Assembly: GCA_016186695.1 (NCBI GenBank)
Contig: JACPLC010000006.1
Span: 7,283 to 71,282, forward strand
DNA length: 64,000 nucleotides
Direction: 5' to 3'
Source of the DNA: Candidatus Kaiserbacteria bacterium
GTDB lineage: Bacteria > Patescibacteriota > Minisyncoccia > Phycocordibacterales > UBA2100
This document shows, piece by piece, positions 1 through 8,936 of this stretch; position 1 is the first letter of the stretch; each line of letters opens with the position of its first letter. The position numbers were made by a program, and so were the translations under genes. Below the pieces are notes generated by a model. That model saw nothing but the letters and a program-made list of their open reading frames with translations. It searched no databases and had not been told where the DNA came from.

Positions 1-115
1 ATATTCGAGCGGCACGAACGTGAAGAGCATCATCCCGAGCACATACCCGAAAACCCAGAGCCCAAAGCCCCAGACAAGGTCGATGCCTACCTCCTTTGCC
101 GATTTCATGCATTAT
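1..115 (-). CDS. N-terminal fragment of a membrane protein (gene runs off window start)
   Basis: Reverse-complement of 1..115 reads ATG AAA TCG GCA AAG GAG GTA GGC ATC GAC CTT GTC TGG GGC TTT GGG... = MKSAKEVGIDLVWGFGLWVFGYVLGMMLFTFVPLEY (hydrophobic TM-like). ORF open to the window edge. Confidence 0.35.
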   Translation of the reverse strand, partial: MMHEIGKGGRHRPCLGLWALGFRVCARDDALHVRAARI

Positions 116-144
116 TGCTCCTCGATCATACACTTCTTCTCCTA

Positions 145-180
145 ATCCCGATACTTAGTTTATAAACTAAGTATCGGGAT
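145..180. promoter_or_regulatory. Perfect 36-bp palindrome (atcccgatacttagtt-tata-aactaagtatcgggat), candidate operator or hairpin
   Basis: Read directly: arms are exact reverse complements around a central TATA. It sits 30 nt upstream of the start of the partial minus-strand gene and downstream of the 206..598 gene. Confidence 0.5.
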
Positions 181-205
181 GGTGGTCATATTCTTGCATT
201 TTCGG

Positions 206-598
206 CTACTGTAACCTTGCCATAAACCCCGGCGCGAGTTTCCAGAGCGCTTTGTTTGCCACTGTCCCAAGCCACCATGCGAATACACCAAGTAAGAGCG
301 GGACGTACAAATGCAAAATATCGAAAGCAATTTGGAAGAGAATCGCTGGAAGCAGCGGTATGATAATCCATGCCCACGCGTGTTTTTTACCACTTGCGTG
401 TATCAAAAGAGTTAGTAGAAAAATAGTTGACAACGGAATACCGACCATCCAGGCTCCTATCGTCGAAGGCACGATGCTACTGCTAATAGCTTCTGGAAAA
501 AAATAGGCGTAAACATTCCCAAAATAGCGAGCAAAGAAAATGTAAGAAAAGACATACGATATGACAATTAGAAACAAACGTACACTTGTGAGTCCCAT
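206..598 (-). CDS. small polytopic membrane protein, unknown function
   Basis: 130-aa ORF with ATG at 596-598. Strongly hydrophobic with 4 predicted TM segments. It is 10 bp downstream of, and co-oriented with, the lipase gene. Confidence 0.5.
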   Translation of the reverse strand: MGLTSVRLFLIVISYVFSYIFFARYFGNVYAYFFPEAISSSIVPSTIGAWMVGIPLSTIFLLTLLIHASGKKHAWAWIIIPLLPAILFQIAFDILHLYVPLLLGVFAWWLGTVANKALWKLAPGFMARLQ

Positions 599-607
599 AA
601 TAGATTC

Positions 608-2707
608 TTAACTTTTAAGCAAAAATTCGATATCGCTCTTCAAAATCTGATATCCCTGTTCGTTGAGCAATTTGCCTCGATAACTATTCAACTGCTTAAG
701 CATAGCTTGGAGTATACGTTTAGCAATGAAGGGCGGTGTTTGTTTTGCCGCTTTCAGCTGCGCTTTTAGTGATTTATATATTCCGATACTCACCCATTTG
801 AGTTGGTAAATTCGTTCGAGATCTGCCAGCGTGCTTTGGTACGTAACAACAACATCTAATGCGTTCGGGGGCATCACACCGTTTTGAACCTCCAGATTCA
901 GCTCCGATGTAATGCCCAGCGCGGTATTCCCTGTAAACGACGCGCTCGTGGTTGTTGCCTCGCTAATTAAATTCGTTTCGACAGTGAAGGGTCCACTCCC
1001 CGTTCCTTGCGCGTAGATTTTATATTCGCCGTCGAGCGGATTGAGGATCGTGATGAATTCTGTATCCGTGCCAAATCCTGTATAGAATGCGTTCAAGATT
1101 TCGTTTACCTCCTGCCCATTGAAGTCCTTCCCGATTTTCTTGCCATCAGGACTGATAATAAGAAGATCCGCGGGAGATAGTATCTTCATCAAGAGTATTT
1201 TCGCATCCGGAAGATGGAAGTTTTTAACAATTACTGAAGGGTTCTGACCTCTTAGGGCGACGTACACTTCAGGCTGTGCCTCTATGGGCAAGTCATTGTG
1301 AGTAAATGAAACCAGCACCTTATTTTCATCAACAAAAGAAGCACTCGGAAGAGGCACGGTATTATCGCCGCTTCCTAATATTAATCCGTGATCACCAAAC
1401 AAATCGAAAAATCCTTCTGGATAGCCGTGTTCCCACATTGGAGGAGAGGGGCTATCCACTACGTTTATGCCAACAATTGTTTTTTGCTCTGTGACACTAC
1501 CGACGATGTTATGAATATCAATTCCAGCGTCTAATAAATTGTTGACATTATTATTTAGTGCCTCAAGAAATGTATTCGTAGGATAATTTTGGGGGTAGTC
1601 TCGTAAAAGGTTCTCATCAAAAATGTAATCATAAACGGGCAGCAACTCTCTGACTGCATCAATGGGTTCTGTTCGCAGATAAGCAAACAAGCTAGAATAA
1701 CCCTCTTCTGCCGCTTCGTGCCCTAGAATGAGTTCCAGTACCTCGTCAACAATGCTTTTAGTAGGAGCAAATATTTCCGTGGGCCCTAATTCGCCGCCTT
1801 CCCACATTAAATACGCTTTCGGGGCGCCGAGGTGGGGCGTGCCGAGGAAAATCAGTTGATCGACGTCGTTTTCGTAGGTGTCGGACTGCACATATTGCCG
1901 TGCGACGAGACCGCCCATTGAGTGCGCGACAAGATCGACTTTGTCGCAGTCGCAAATATCTTTCACTTGATTGATCTTCTCTTTCAGCAACACAGCCGTC
2001 TCGACATTCGACTTTCTCCAATCATACGGAAAAGTGAACAAATCTACTTCTCTGGTGTATCCATTTTCGTCGAGCGTTGCGATGAGATCGTCATACGTGT
2101 GAAGAATCGGGTCTATCACCCACTCGCCGTTGTGCTGTTCCGAGCCCAAGATCCCCGGAACGATAATGACAGGGTCGGGAGTCGCGTTTGCGTCGGTAAT
2201 CGTGAAGCGGAGCGTCGCAAGAACAGTCAGTGGGTCGGGTACGGGGAAGTCTTGCGCGTACGCAATGTCGGCGAACAACGCGCGTGCGAACCATATACGT
2301 AGTCGATCCTTGAAGATAAGTATCGGCGGTGGGATTTCGAGGATATCTATCTCATACACGCCGGCCTCGATCCATGCGAAGAGTTCGTCGCCGTCGTTCG
2401 GATCATCGGGATCGTCAAATGTCGGACCGCTGAAGAACGACTTGACGAATTGTCGCTCACCGGCGCCGTCGATCGTGTAGAGGCGTCCGACAATATCAAA
2501 GGCCGCCGGCCCAGTGACGTAGGTGAGCGCGGGAGCATTGAGAGACACGCTGTAGGTGCCTCCATCGAGCATGACAACGTCTCCCCATACAAGAGACGAT
2601 TCGTGCGGCGGTGGGACTGCTGTTGCATCTACCCGTTCAAGAAAGAAAACAAAAATTAATAACAAAAGTATAAGGACAGGAACCGTAACTCGCAGCGCGA
2701 CCCTCAT
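608..2707 (-). CDS. secreted alpha/beta-hydrolase (GXSXG lipase/esterase, PGAP1/LCAT-like) with large extra domains
   Basis: 699 aa. N-terminal signal/TM (VTVPVLILLLLIFVFFL). Nucleophile elbow VAHSMGGLVARQYV in the central region. Confidence 0.7.
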   Translation of the reverse strand: MRVALRVTVPVLILLLLIFVFFLERVDATAVPPPHESSLVWGDVVMLDGGTYSVSLNAPALTYVTGPAAFDIVGRLYTIDGAGERQFVKSFFSGPTFDDPDDPNDGDELFAWIEAGVYEIDILEIPPPILIFKDRLRIWFARALFADIAYAQDFPVPDPLTVLATLRFTITDANATPDPVIIVPGILGSEQHNGEWVIDPILHTYDDLIATLDENGYTREVDLFTFPYDWRKSNVETAVLLKEKINQVKDICDCDKVDLVAHSMGGLVARQYVQSDTYENDVDQLIFLGTPHLGAPKAYLMWEGGELGPTEIFAPTKSIVDEVLELILGHEAAEEGYSSLFAYLRTEPIDAVRELLPVYDYIFDENLLRDYPQNYPTNTFLEALNNNVNNLLDAGIDIHNIVGSVTEQKTIVGINVVDSPSPPMWEHGYPEGFFDLFGDHGLILGSGDNTVPLPSASFVDENKVLVSFTHNDLPIEAQPEVYVALRGQNPSVIVKNFHLPDAKILLMKILSPADLLIISPDGKKIGKDFNGQEVNEILNAFYTGFGTDTEFITILNPLDGEYKIYAQGTGSGPFTVETNLISEATTTSASFTGNTALGITSELNLEVQNGVMPPNALDVVVTYQSTLADLERIYQLKWVSIGIYKSLKAQLKAAKQTPPFIAKRILQAMLKQLNSYRGKLLNEQGYQILKSDIEFLLKS

Positions 2708-2930
2708 GAAATCGCATTGTAGCTAACTCATCTACAAACACAAAAGCCCCACCCGTGAAGCATGGCTTCACTTTGAGAACCCTCGGTTCTCAACGCTCGC
2801 GAAGCTCACTGCTCTCCGACACGGAGAACTCTCGTTCCCCGACCCCTTCCCTCAACACATCAGCCGCGATCACAGTCGCGGCTGATGGTTGAAAACTAGG
2901 GGCTTTTGTCGGTCGGAATCCGTCAGGGAT

Positions 2931-3833
2931 TTACATCGAGTTCACTGCGGCGCGGGTGACCGGACCGAAGTAGCCTGCGGCCGGAGTGATTCCCTTCGCC
3001 TTCTGGAATTTGATGAGTGCTGCACGGGTCGCTGTGCCGAAGCGGCTCGTTTCATTGCCGGAAGAGCCGGGGCCGCTTGCGGCTACTTGGTAGCCGTGCC
3101 CGTTGAGCCACACTTGGAGAGCTTTCGCGTCAGCGCCCGTCATGCCGAGTTGGAGATTGCGCGTGAAGTTTGCGCTCGGTGCGGGGAACGCTGCGAGAAG
3201 TGCTTTCGTCTCGGGAGCGACCACACCGCCAAGCGATTCGAAGAGTGCGATAAGACTCTTGAGCTGAGCGACGAGTGCGAGGAGCTCTGATGAGGTCGCG
3301 GGGGCAGCCGCTGCTGGCGTCGCTGTAGTAGGTGTCGGCGTTGGCGTTGTTGCAGTGCTCGTCGCTGCAGGAGTCGGGGTTGGTGTTGGAGTGGGGCTGA
3401 CACTTCCGCCCCCTCCTCCGCCGCCTCCACTACCGCCACCGCCGGAGCTGCAGGATGTTGCTGAAGGCGTCACTACTATCGTGGTGGTCGCTGCGGTCGC
3501 CGGCGCAACGAGTTTGAGCAAGTTAAGGCCGCCGCTGCACGAAGTTACGGTGATGAACGAAGCTCCGGCCGAAAGAGAGCTCGAATCGAGCGTTGGCGCT
3601 GTCATCGAGATGCTGGAATTAGGACCCATCAATATCGTGAATGAGGTGCTGTCTATCGTGGTCGAGGCGAGAGTCGCTCCACCCGTTGAGACGCTCACGG
3701 TCACTCCGCTGAGCTGAATGTTGACGTCTGGATCGATCGTGACATCGCTCCCCGTGGTGGCAGCCGAAACCGCGAGTGGAAGCAGCAACGCCGCGACTGA
3801 AACAGAAGCTGAAGCTAAGAAGAATTTCTTCAT
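2931..3833 (-). CDS. secreted protein with C-terminal peptidoglycan-binding domain (PG_binding_1-like) and Thr/Pro/Gly-rich linker
   Basis: Signal peptide MKKFFLASASVSVAALLLPLAVSA. Low-complexity GGGGSGGGGGGGG/PTPTPTP linker. C-terminal ...ALQVWLNGHGYQV...GNETSRFGTATRAALIKFQKAKGITPAAGYFGPVTRAAV, typical of a PG-binding helical bundle. Confidence 0.7.
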   Translation of the reverse strand: MKKFFLASASVSVAALLLPLAVSAATTGSDVTIDPDVNIQLSGVTVSVSTGGATLASTTIDSTSFTILMGPNSSISMTAPTLDSSSLSAGASFITVTSCSGGLNLLKLVAPATAATTTIVVTPSATSCSSGGGGSGGGGGGGGSVSPTPTPTPTPAATSTATTPTPTPTTATPAAAAPATSSELLALVAQLKSLIALFESLGGVVAPETKALLAAFPAPSANFTRNLQLGMTGADAKALQVWLNGHGYQVAASGPGSSGNETSRFGTATRAALIKFQKAKGITPAAGYFGPVTRAAVNSM

Positions 3834-3879
3834 GCGATTTCGCTAGCTAGGCTGATAAAGTTACCCTAGCAGCGAGGGA

Positions 3880-4605
3880 TTATGGGCAGGTCCCGAACGT
3901 CCAGACTGGGACGAAGTACAACCCGTTCGCTCCCGTCGTCGAAGCCGTGCCTAGATTTGAGACGAGCGTCAGCTTGCCCGGTGATGCGGTGCTTGTGGCG
4001 TTCATCTGAATACAACCGACGCTCAGCGTCGAGGTTGCGGTGTTACTTGTCGTCAGTGTAAGCGCACCTGAGCCTCCATCGAGTGTGACGTCTCCGTAAA
4101 TTCTTGTTGCGCCCGTCACTTGCAACGTGCTCGAAGCATTCACCGTGCTATCAAATTGATTCGCACCGTTCGTTGTAAATGCACCTGCAACAGTCGACGA
4201 CGCTTGCGAGACGAAGCCAGCAACGAGCGTCGAAAGGCCGGTAATGCTGAGCGTGCCCTGCGTCGCAAAGTTTCCATTAGAGGCCGTCGTTGTCGCGAAT
4301 CCATTGAACCAGACGTTGCCTGTCGCCGTTATCTGGGTTGTTGATGCCCGCTGGAGCGAGGTGTTGTCCGTCACCGTGAATGCGCCGCCCGTCACCGTCG
4401 AGGACGCCGCAGATACGTAGCCCGCCGTCAAAGTAGAGAGGCCGGTAACACCAAGTGTCCCGCCCGTCGAGATGTTCGTTGAGATAGTCGTTGCAGCCTG
4501 TACCGCTACGACGCCGAATAATAGAATGCTTGCAAATACGATGCCGAGCGTGAACCAACTTGCATTGTGCGCCCAGCTTGCAAAACCTTTCATATAAACT
4601 AACAA
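3880..4605 (-). CDS. membrane-anchored Thr/Ser/Gly-rich repeat protein (surface protein)
   Basis: N-terminal TM (WFTLGIVFASILLFGVVAV). Internal repeats GTLGVTGLSTLTAGYVSAASSTVTGGAFTV / GTLSITGLSTLVAGFVSQASSTVAGAFTT. Confidence 0.55.
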   Translation of the reverse strand: MLVYMKGFASWAHNASWFTLGIVFASILLFGVVAVQAATTISTNISTGGTLGVTGLSTLTAGYVSAASSTVTGGAFTVTDNTSLQRASTTQITATGNVWFNGFATTTASNGNFATQGTLSITGLSTLVAGFVSQASSTVAGAFTTNGANQFDSTVNASSTLQVTGATRIYGDVTLDGGSGALTLTTSNTATSTLSVGCIQMNATSTASPGKLTLVSNLGTASTTGANGLYFVPVWTFGTCP

Positions 4606-4751
4606 TAATTTAGACTAATAATTATTAATCGCGACCTTGATTCTAACTAAAGCACAGGGAGTTAACTCCCTGCACGCACTTGGGATTGTACACCCGCTCA
4701 TGAAGCGTTTGGTGACGCAATATCAGCGCTGTGGATAAGTTGCGAGAGATT

Positions 4752-7013
4752 TTACTTCGCCTTCTCGAGCGCCCGCAGAAAGTTCGGATCGGTTTCGACA
4801 AGACCGGGTGCTTTTTGCCGCAGCTTCTCCACGATCTCGCGGGCACTCGAAATATTCCCGGCAAGAAATTCCGCCTTCGCGAGATCATAAAGGACAGGGT
4901 AATTCTCGGGCTCTGCGACCGATACGTCCGTTAGAAAGCGAGCGGCGTTTTTCCAATCCTCAACAGTAATGTAGTAACGCGACGCGCGACGGGCGGTGTT
5001 GGTGTCCTGCCTGCCGTACGCAGCAAGTCCTTTCGCCGCCCACTCAGCCGCTGCCGAAGGGTCGCCCCGCACCTGATAGAGCGTCGCGATGATGTAGTAA
5101 GGCTCTGCGAAGTTTGGCACTAATGTGGAGTACTCCGCCAATTCCCCTATCGCTTCCTCGTAGTATTGCCGTTTCCCAGCGCTTCCCGCCGGCAAGGCGT
5201 CTCCTTTCTTAATGGACACGTTGGCAAGCAGGTAGCGCGGCTGGATACGCTTCGGGGAGAGCTCTATCGCGCGGGCGAGAACCCCGCGAATGTACTCCTC
5301 ATCCGGTTCCTCCCCTTTCGGCGCAAGATCAAGGACATGTGCATAGTAGGTGATCCCGCGCGCATCGTATGGATACTTTGCGTAGTTCCCCTCAAGAATG
5401 TCGCGGGCAGCGCGGTATGCGAGTACACGCTCCTCACCATCAAGCTTCGAGACCTGCCGTTCCGAGTACCACTCATAGAGTTGGTAGCCGTACTCCATTT
5501 CGGCATAGGTGTCGAGCTTCAATCCACTTTCTATTGCACCTACCGAGCGGCGCGCGTCAACGAGCTGGTAGAGGTAGCCTTTCGCGAGTGCAATGTTTGC
5601 CCGAAGCGGCTGGATTGATACAGGGTAGATCAGGAGCGCGACGAGGACGCCAACGAGGATCGGCAGTGCTTGCGGCAACGCGCGGAGGCGGAGCGGTTCC
5701 GGTACGCCGCGCACCGTGAGCATGATTGCAAAAAGTGTGAGGAAGAACCATAACGTGAGTGCCGTATCAAAGACAAAGAAATTCTGCACCGCGTAGACGA
5801 TGGCGATAAGTGAAAAGAGCAAGCCCCGATAGCGCTCATTGGTGTCGGCCGACACGAGAAGCCGCCTTGCGCTATACATGAACGCTCCTATCAACGCGAG
5901 ATACAAAACCAAACCGGGGATGCCGTACTGCACGAGATAATCGAGAAACGCGTTGTGCGTGCGATCGAACCATTCCTCAACGATCTTCGTAGGGTCGTAA
6001 AACTCATTGAACACGACCGCGATGTGCTCGGATCCAACGCCAACCATCAACTCCTTTGGATCCTGAAGCGCTCTACCGACGACGTTTTGCCAAATGAAGA
6101 GACGGCTTTCGACCGTCGTGTCGGAAAGCGATATTGCTGCGAGACGCTGAACGGGCGCGAACGGCACCGAGGCAAGCTGCGCGCGGAACGTTACGAACAG
6201 TGCCGCTGCGATCAAAACTCCTGCGAAACCCGCTCGCGCATAGGTTCGGTATTTCTCATTTCCCCCTGCTTCGCTAAAGCTTCGCAGGGCAGGCCTCCAG
6301 GCAAAATAAAGAAGCGCAACGAATCCCGCAGCCACCATTGCAAGCAGCGTGCCGCGCGTCGCGGCTGCAAGAATTCCCAAGAATTGGAGCAAGGCGCCCG
6401 CGTACACCCACTTCTGCCACCTGCCCGAAAGATCGCGTGCAAGCATGAGCGTAACGAAGAGAGAGAGTGCCATGTAGCTCGAGAAAAATGTGGGATTTCC
6501 GAACGTACTCGAAACACGCTCCGCTTCGCCAGGGAGAAGCGGAATGTCGATGCCGCTTGCCCATTGAAGCCACTGCAACACACCAAAAAGAGCCGAGAGC
6601 GATGCCGTCCAGACGATTACTGCAAAGAGGCGCTTCACAAACGCGTCGTCGGCTGAGACGAGCGTGAGATAGAAAAAGCCGGCGAGCGCGGTCAAGGTGA
6701 GGAGTCCGTCTCCCCTGTCGAAGATAGACCAGAAGCTGTGGTAGAAGTCGACGCCGAAAAGCGAGCTCACATAGGCCCATACAAGAAGTGCGGCGGGAAT
6801 CCATGAGATCGGACTGCGGAGCCGCGAGAAATAGAATTGCTTTCCGGAGAGGGCGAGCACGGCGAACGCAGCGAGCGCAAGAAGGAATGCGGCACGAAAG
6901 AGGATGGTCTTTGGCGTGAGGTATGGATAGAGAAGCCCGTCCACAAAGATGAGCGTCAGGAATGCTGGCGCAAGCAGCGCATACGAAAAAGCCCTTTCGA
7001 GGGCAGGCATCAT
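4752..7013 (-). CDS. polytopic membrane protein, O-antigen ligase/Wzy_C-like domain fused to C-terminal TPR repeats
   Basis: 753 aa. About 12 TM segments in the N-terminal 430 aa with a Wzy-like periplasmic loop. The C-terminal 300 aa is TPR-like (YYEEAIGELAEYSTLVPNFAEPYYIIATLYQVRGD...). Confidence 0.65.
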   Translation of the reverse strand: MMPALERAFSYALLAPAFLTLIFVDGLLYPYLTPKTILFRAAFLLALAAFAVLALSGKQFYFSRLRSPISWIPAALLVWAYVSSLFGVDFYHSFWSIFDRGDGLLTLTALAGFFYLTLVSADDAFVKRLFAVIVWTASLSALFGVLQWLQWASGIDIPLLPGEAERVSSTFGNPTFFSSYMALSLFVTLMLARDLSGRWQKWVYAGALLQFLGILAAATRGTLLAMVAAGFVALLYFAWRPALRSFSEAGGNEKYRTYARAGFAGVLIAAALFVTFRAQLASVPFAPVQRLAAISLSDTTVESRLFIWQNVVGRALQDPKELMVGVGSEHIAVVFNEFYDPTKIVEEWFDRTHNAFLDYLVQYGIPGLVLYLALIGAFMYSARRLLVSADTNERYRGLLFSLIAIVYAVQNFFVFDTALTLWFFLTLFAIMLTVRGVPEPLRLRALPQALPILVGVLVALLIYPVSIQPLRANIALAKGYLYQLVDARRSVGAIESGLKLDTYAEMEYGYQLYEWYSERQVSKLDGEERVLAYRAARDILEGNYAKYPYDARGITYYAHVLDLAPKGEEPDEEYIRGVLARAIELSPKRIQPRYLLANVSIKKGDALPAGSAGKRQYYEEAIGELAEYSTLVPNFAEPYYIIATLYQVRGDPSAAAEWAAKGLAAYGRQDTNTARRASRYYITVEDWKNAARFLTDVSVAEPENYPVLYDLAKAEFLAGNISSAREIVEKLRQKAPGLVETDPNFLRALEKAK

Positions 7014-7157
7014 ACCCGGTTAGTAGAATGTGCCTTTGCGCCAGCGGAGGCGCGCTGGCGCGGCGTGAGCGACCAACTCTCATGGTTTGCACTTTGGATA
7101 CCTTCTCTAGTTGTGTTCATTGGTTGGTTTGAGCCCAAGGCACATTTCACTACCGGG

Positions 7158-7862
7158 TCATAGATTCCTCAAACGGGCCATCTCGCTCCTTGCGCTTCCG
7201 TCGTTGCCGCCCATCAGTTTCTCCATCCCTTGTAATGCCTCGATTGCGTCATCTACCCTGCCCGTCTTTTCATACCATTGCGCTTTAAGCTGGAGGATCT
7301 GCGGGGTTTCACCTAGATCCTTTTCTGCCTCCTCGAATGCCGCCTCAAGCGTCGCCGCGTCGTCCGCAAAATGCTTTATCAAAAATGAAAGCCTTGCGAT
7401 GTGATACTCCTCGCCCGGTTGTGCCTCGACAGCGCGCGCGTACGCGATGCGGGCCGTTTGAAGTGCGCCGAGGCGCTCCATCAAAGAGCCGAGATTTCGC
7501 CATGCAAGGCCGGTCTTTGTGGAATCGATCTTGAGTGCACGGCCAAGATTGTCATACGCTGCTTTGCCGTCTCCCAAGAGCTCATACTGATTCGCGATGC
7601 TTACGTAGAGAATGTAGTCCGTTGGGTCATCGTTCTTCCCACTTTGATCCCCGCCAAGGAGACTCTTGGAGCGAGCGATCTCGTCGTTAGCACGTTTCTC
7701 CAGTTCACCGCCGTCTTCATGGGTGCCTTGCCAATCCCAGCTAGCGATCGTGTCGCCTTCCGCAAGCGGAAGCGGATGAGCCTGATTCTGCAAGAGAAAC
7801 CATGCACCTCCTGCGAGGAGCGCGACGACGACAGCACTGATAATGAGATTTTTATTTTGCAT
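7158..7862 (-). CDS. membrane-anchored TPR-repeat protein
   Basis: N-terminal TM (LIISAVVVALLAGGAWFLL) followed by TPR-like helical repeats. Confidence 0.55.
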   Translation of the reverse strand: MQNKNLIISAVVVALLAGGAWFLLQNQAHPLPLAEGDTIASWDWQGTHEDGGELEKRANDEIARSKSLLGGDQSGKNDDPTDYILYVSIANQYELLGDGKAAYDNLGRALKIDSTKTGLAWRNLGSLMERLGALQTARIAYARAVEAQPGEEYHIARLSFLIKHFADDAATLEAAFEEAEKDLGETPQILQLKAQWYEKTGRVDDAIEALQGMEKLMGGNDGSARSEMARLRNL

Positions 7863-8036
7863 AGGCGAAAGTATACCTCGCTTAGCTTCGAGCTTCCAGC
7901 TTCGAGGAAAGGCAGCGGGAGCTTTAAACGCAAAACCCCTCGCCGATTGACGAGGGGTTTTGGTTTTGTTGGGCCGAATCCCAACCGGAGTTCTCTATTC
8001 CGCCGGCTGGCGGAGAGAACTGTGACTAGACGCGGG

Positions 8037-8936
8037 CTACGGAGTACACGTCGTCGCCGTGCCGAACTGGCAGGCGCGCGTGTCGTTGTCCGTATCCTTC
8101 ACGAGGTAGCCGTTCGTCCAGTCCGTAGTCGTGGTCGTGTGGCTCGTTGCCGAGCGGTCAGACCAGACCATGTTCTGGGCGGTGTGGAGGCCGAGAGCCG
8201 CGGCGTCTGTGATAGCCGAGGTGTCCTCCGCAAAGCTAATCGTGATGGAGTCTCCTGCGTCACCCCAGCCGGAGACCGTCGCACGAAGCTCATACGTCTT
8301 CGTCGAAGCGGCGCCGATCTGCTCAACCTCGCCGTTCTGACAGTTCGTGTCAGGACAGATCGAGAGAGTCGTTCCGCCGCCACTTGCGTTGGTGGTCGTC
8401 GAGGTGTCGTTGATTACGATCGCCGTCCCTGTCACGTCGTACATGATCCATGCGGATGTCATGACGCCGGAAGTGGTAACGGTGAAGGAAATCTCGCGCC
8501 ACTCGATTGAGCCTGCCGCGTCGGCGGTAATGCTGAAGCGGTAGAGGCCGATACCGGAGGCAACAGTGTTCGTGGTGTAGCCGGTCGTGAGACGCGCGAG
8601 CGTCGGGACCGATTTCTTCACGTACTTCGTACCGTAGCCGGAGTTGGCCGCAGAGTTGACGTCGGAAGAGGCCGCAGAGCTGTCTGTGGTACCTGCCGAG
8701 TCTATCGCCTTGAAGCCTTCGTCAGCGTCGATGAGGACCGAGACCGCAGCACCCGAGTGGGAGCCGGAGCTGATCGTCGGAACGTCGACGTAGACATCGA
8801 TGTCAGCCGAGTCGTTCATCGGCACGTACATCGTGAGACCGGTGAAGGTCGAGGTCGAGTAGGCTTGGTTGCCGGTCGTGACCGCCTGCGAGGAGGTCTT
8901 CTCGACACCATTCACGTCCTTGTACTTCAGGGTCAC
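8037..8936 (-). CDS. C-terminal portion of a large Thr/Ser-rich surface protein (continues from 8933..11347 after an apparent frameshift)
   Basis: This frame stays open and protein-like upstream of its GTG (...FDFAGANSSFTVQELKIKVPNDAATSVSAVTLKYKD...). Its composition matches the upstream ORF. Confidence 0.55.
   Translation of the reverse strand: MTLKYKDVNGVEKTSSQAVTTGNQAYSTSTFTGLTMYVPMNDSADIDVYVDVPTISSGSHSGAAVSVLIDADEGFKAIDSAGTTDSSAASSDVNSAANSGYGTKYVKKSVPTLARLTTGYTTNTVASGIGLYRFSITADAAGSIEWREISFTVTTSGVMTSAWIMYDVTGTAIVINDTSTTTNASGGGTTLSICPDTNCQNGEVEQIGAASTKTYELRATVSGWGDAGDSITISFAEDTSAITDAAALGLHTAQNMVWSDRSATSHTTTTTDWTNGYLVKDTDNDTRACQFGTATTCTP

Noticed and set aside
5955-8510. Long antisense ORFs (5955..6656, 6274..7092, 7401..8510, 8757..9626, 18990..20144, 21015..22013, 52635..53723 etc.)
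   Set aside because: They lie opposite well-supported genes, are Arg/Ser/Pro-rich with no domain features, and are typical shadow ORFs of high-GC coding DNA.
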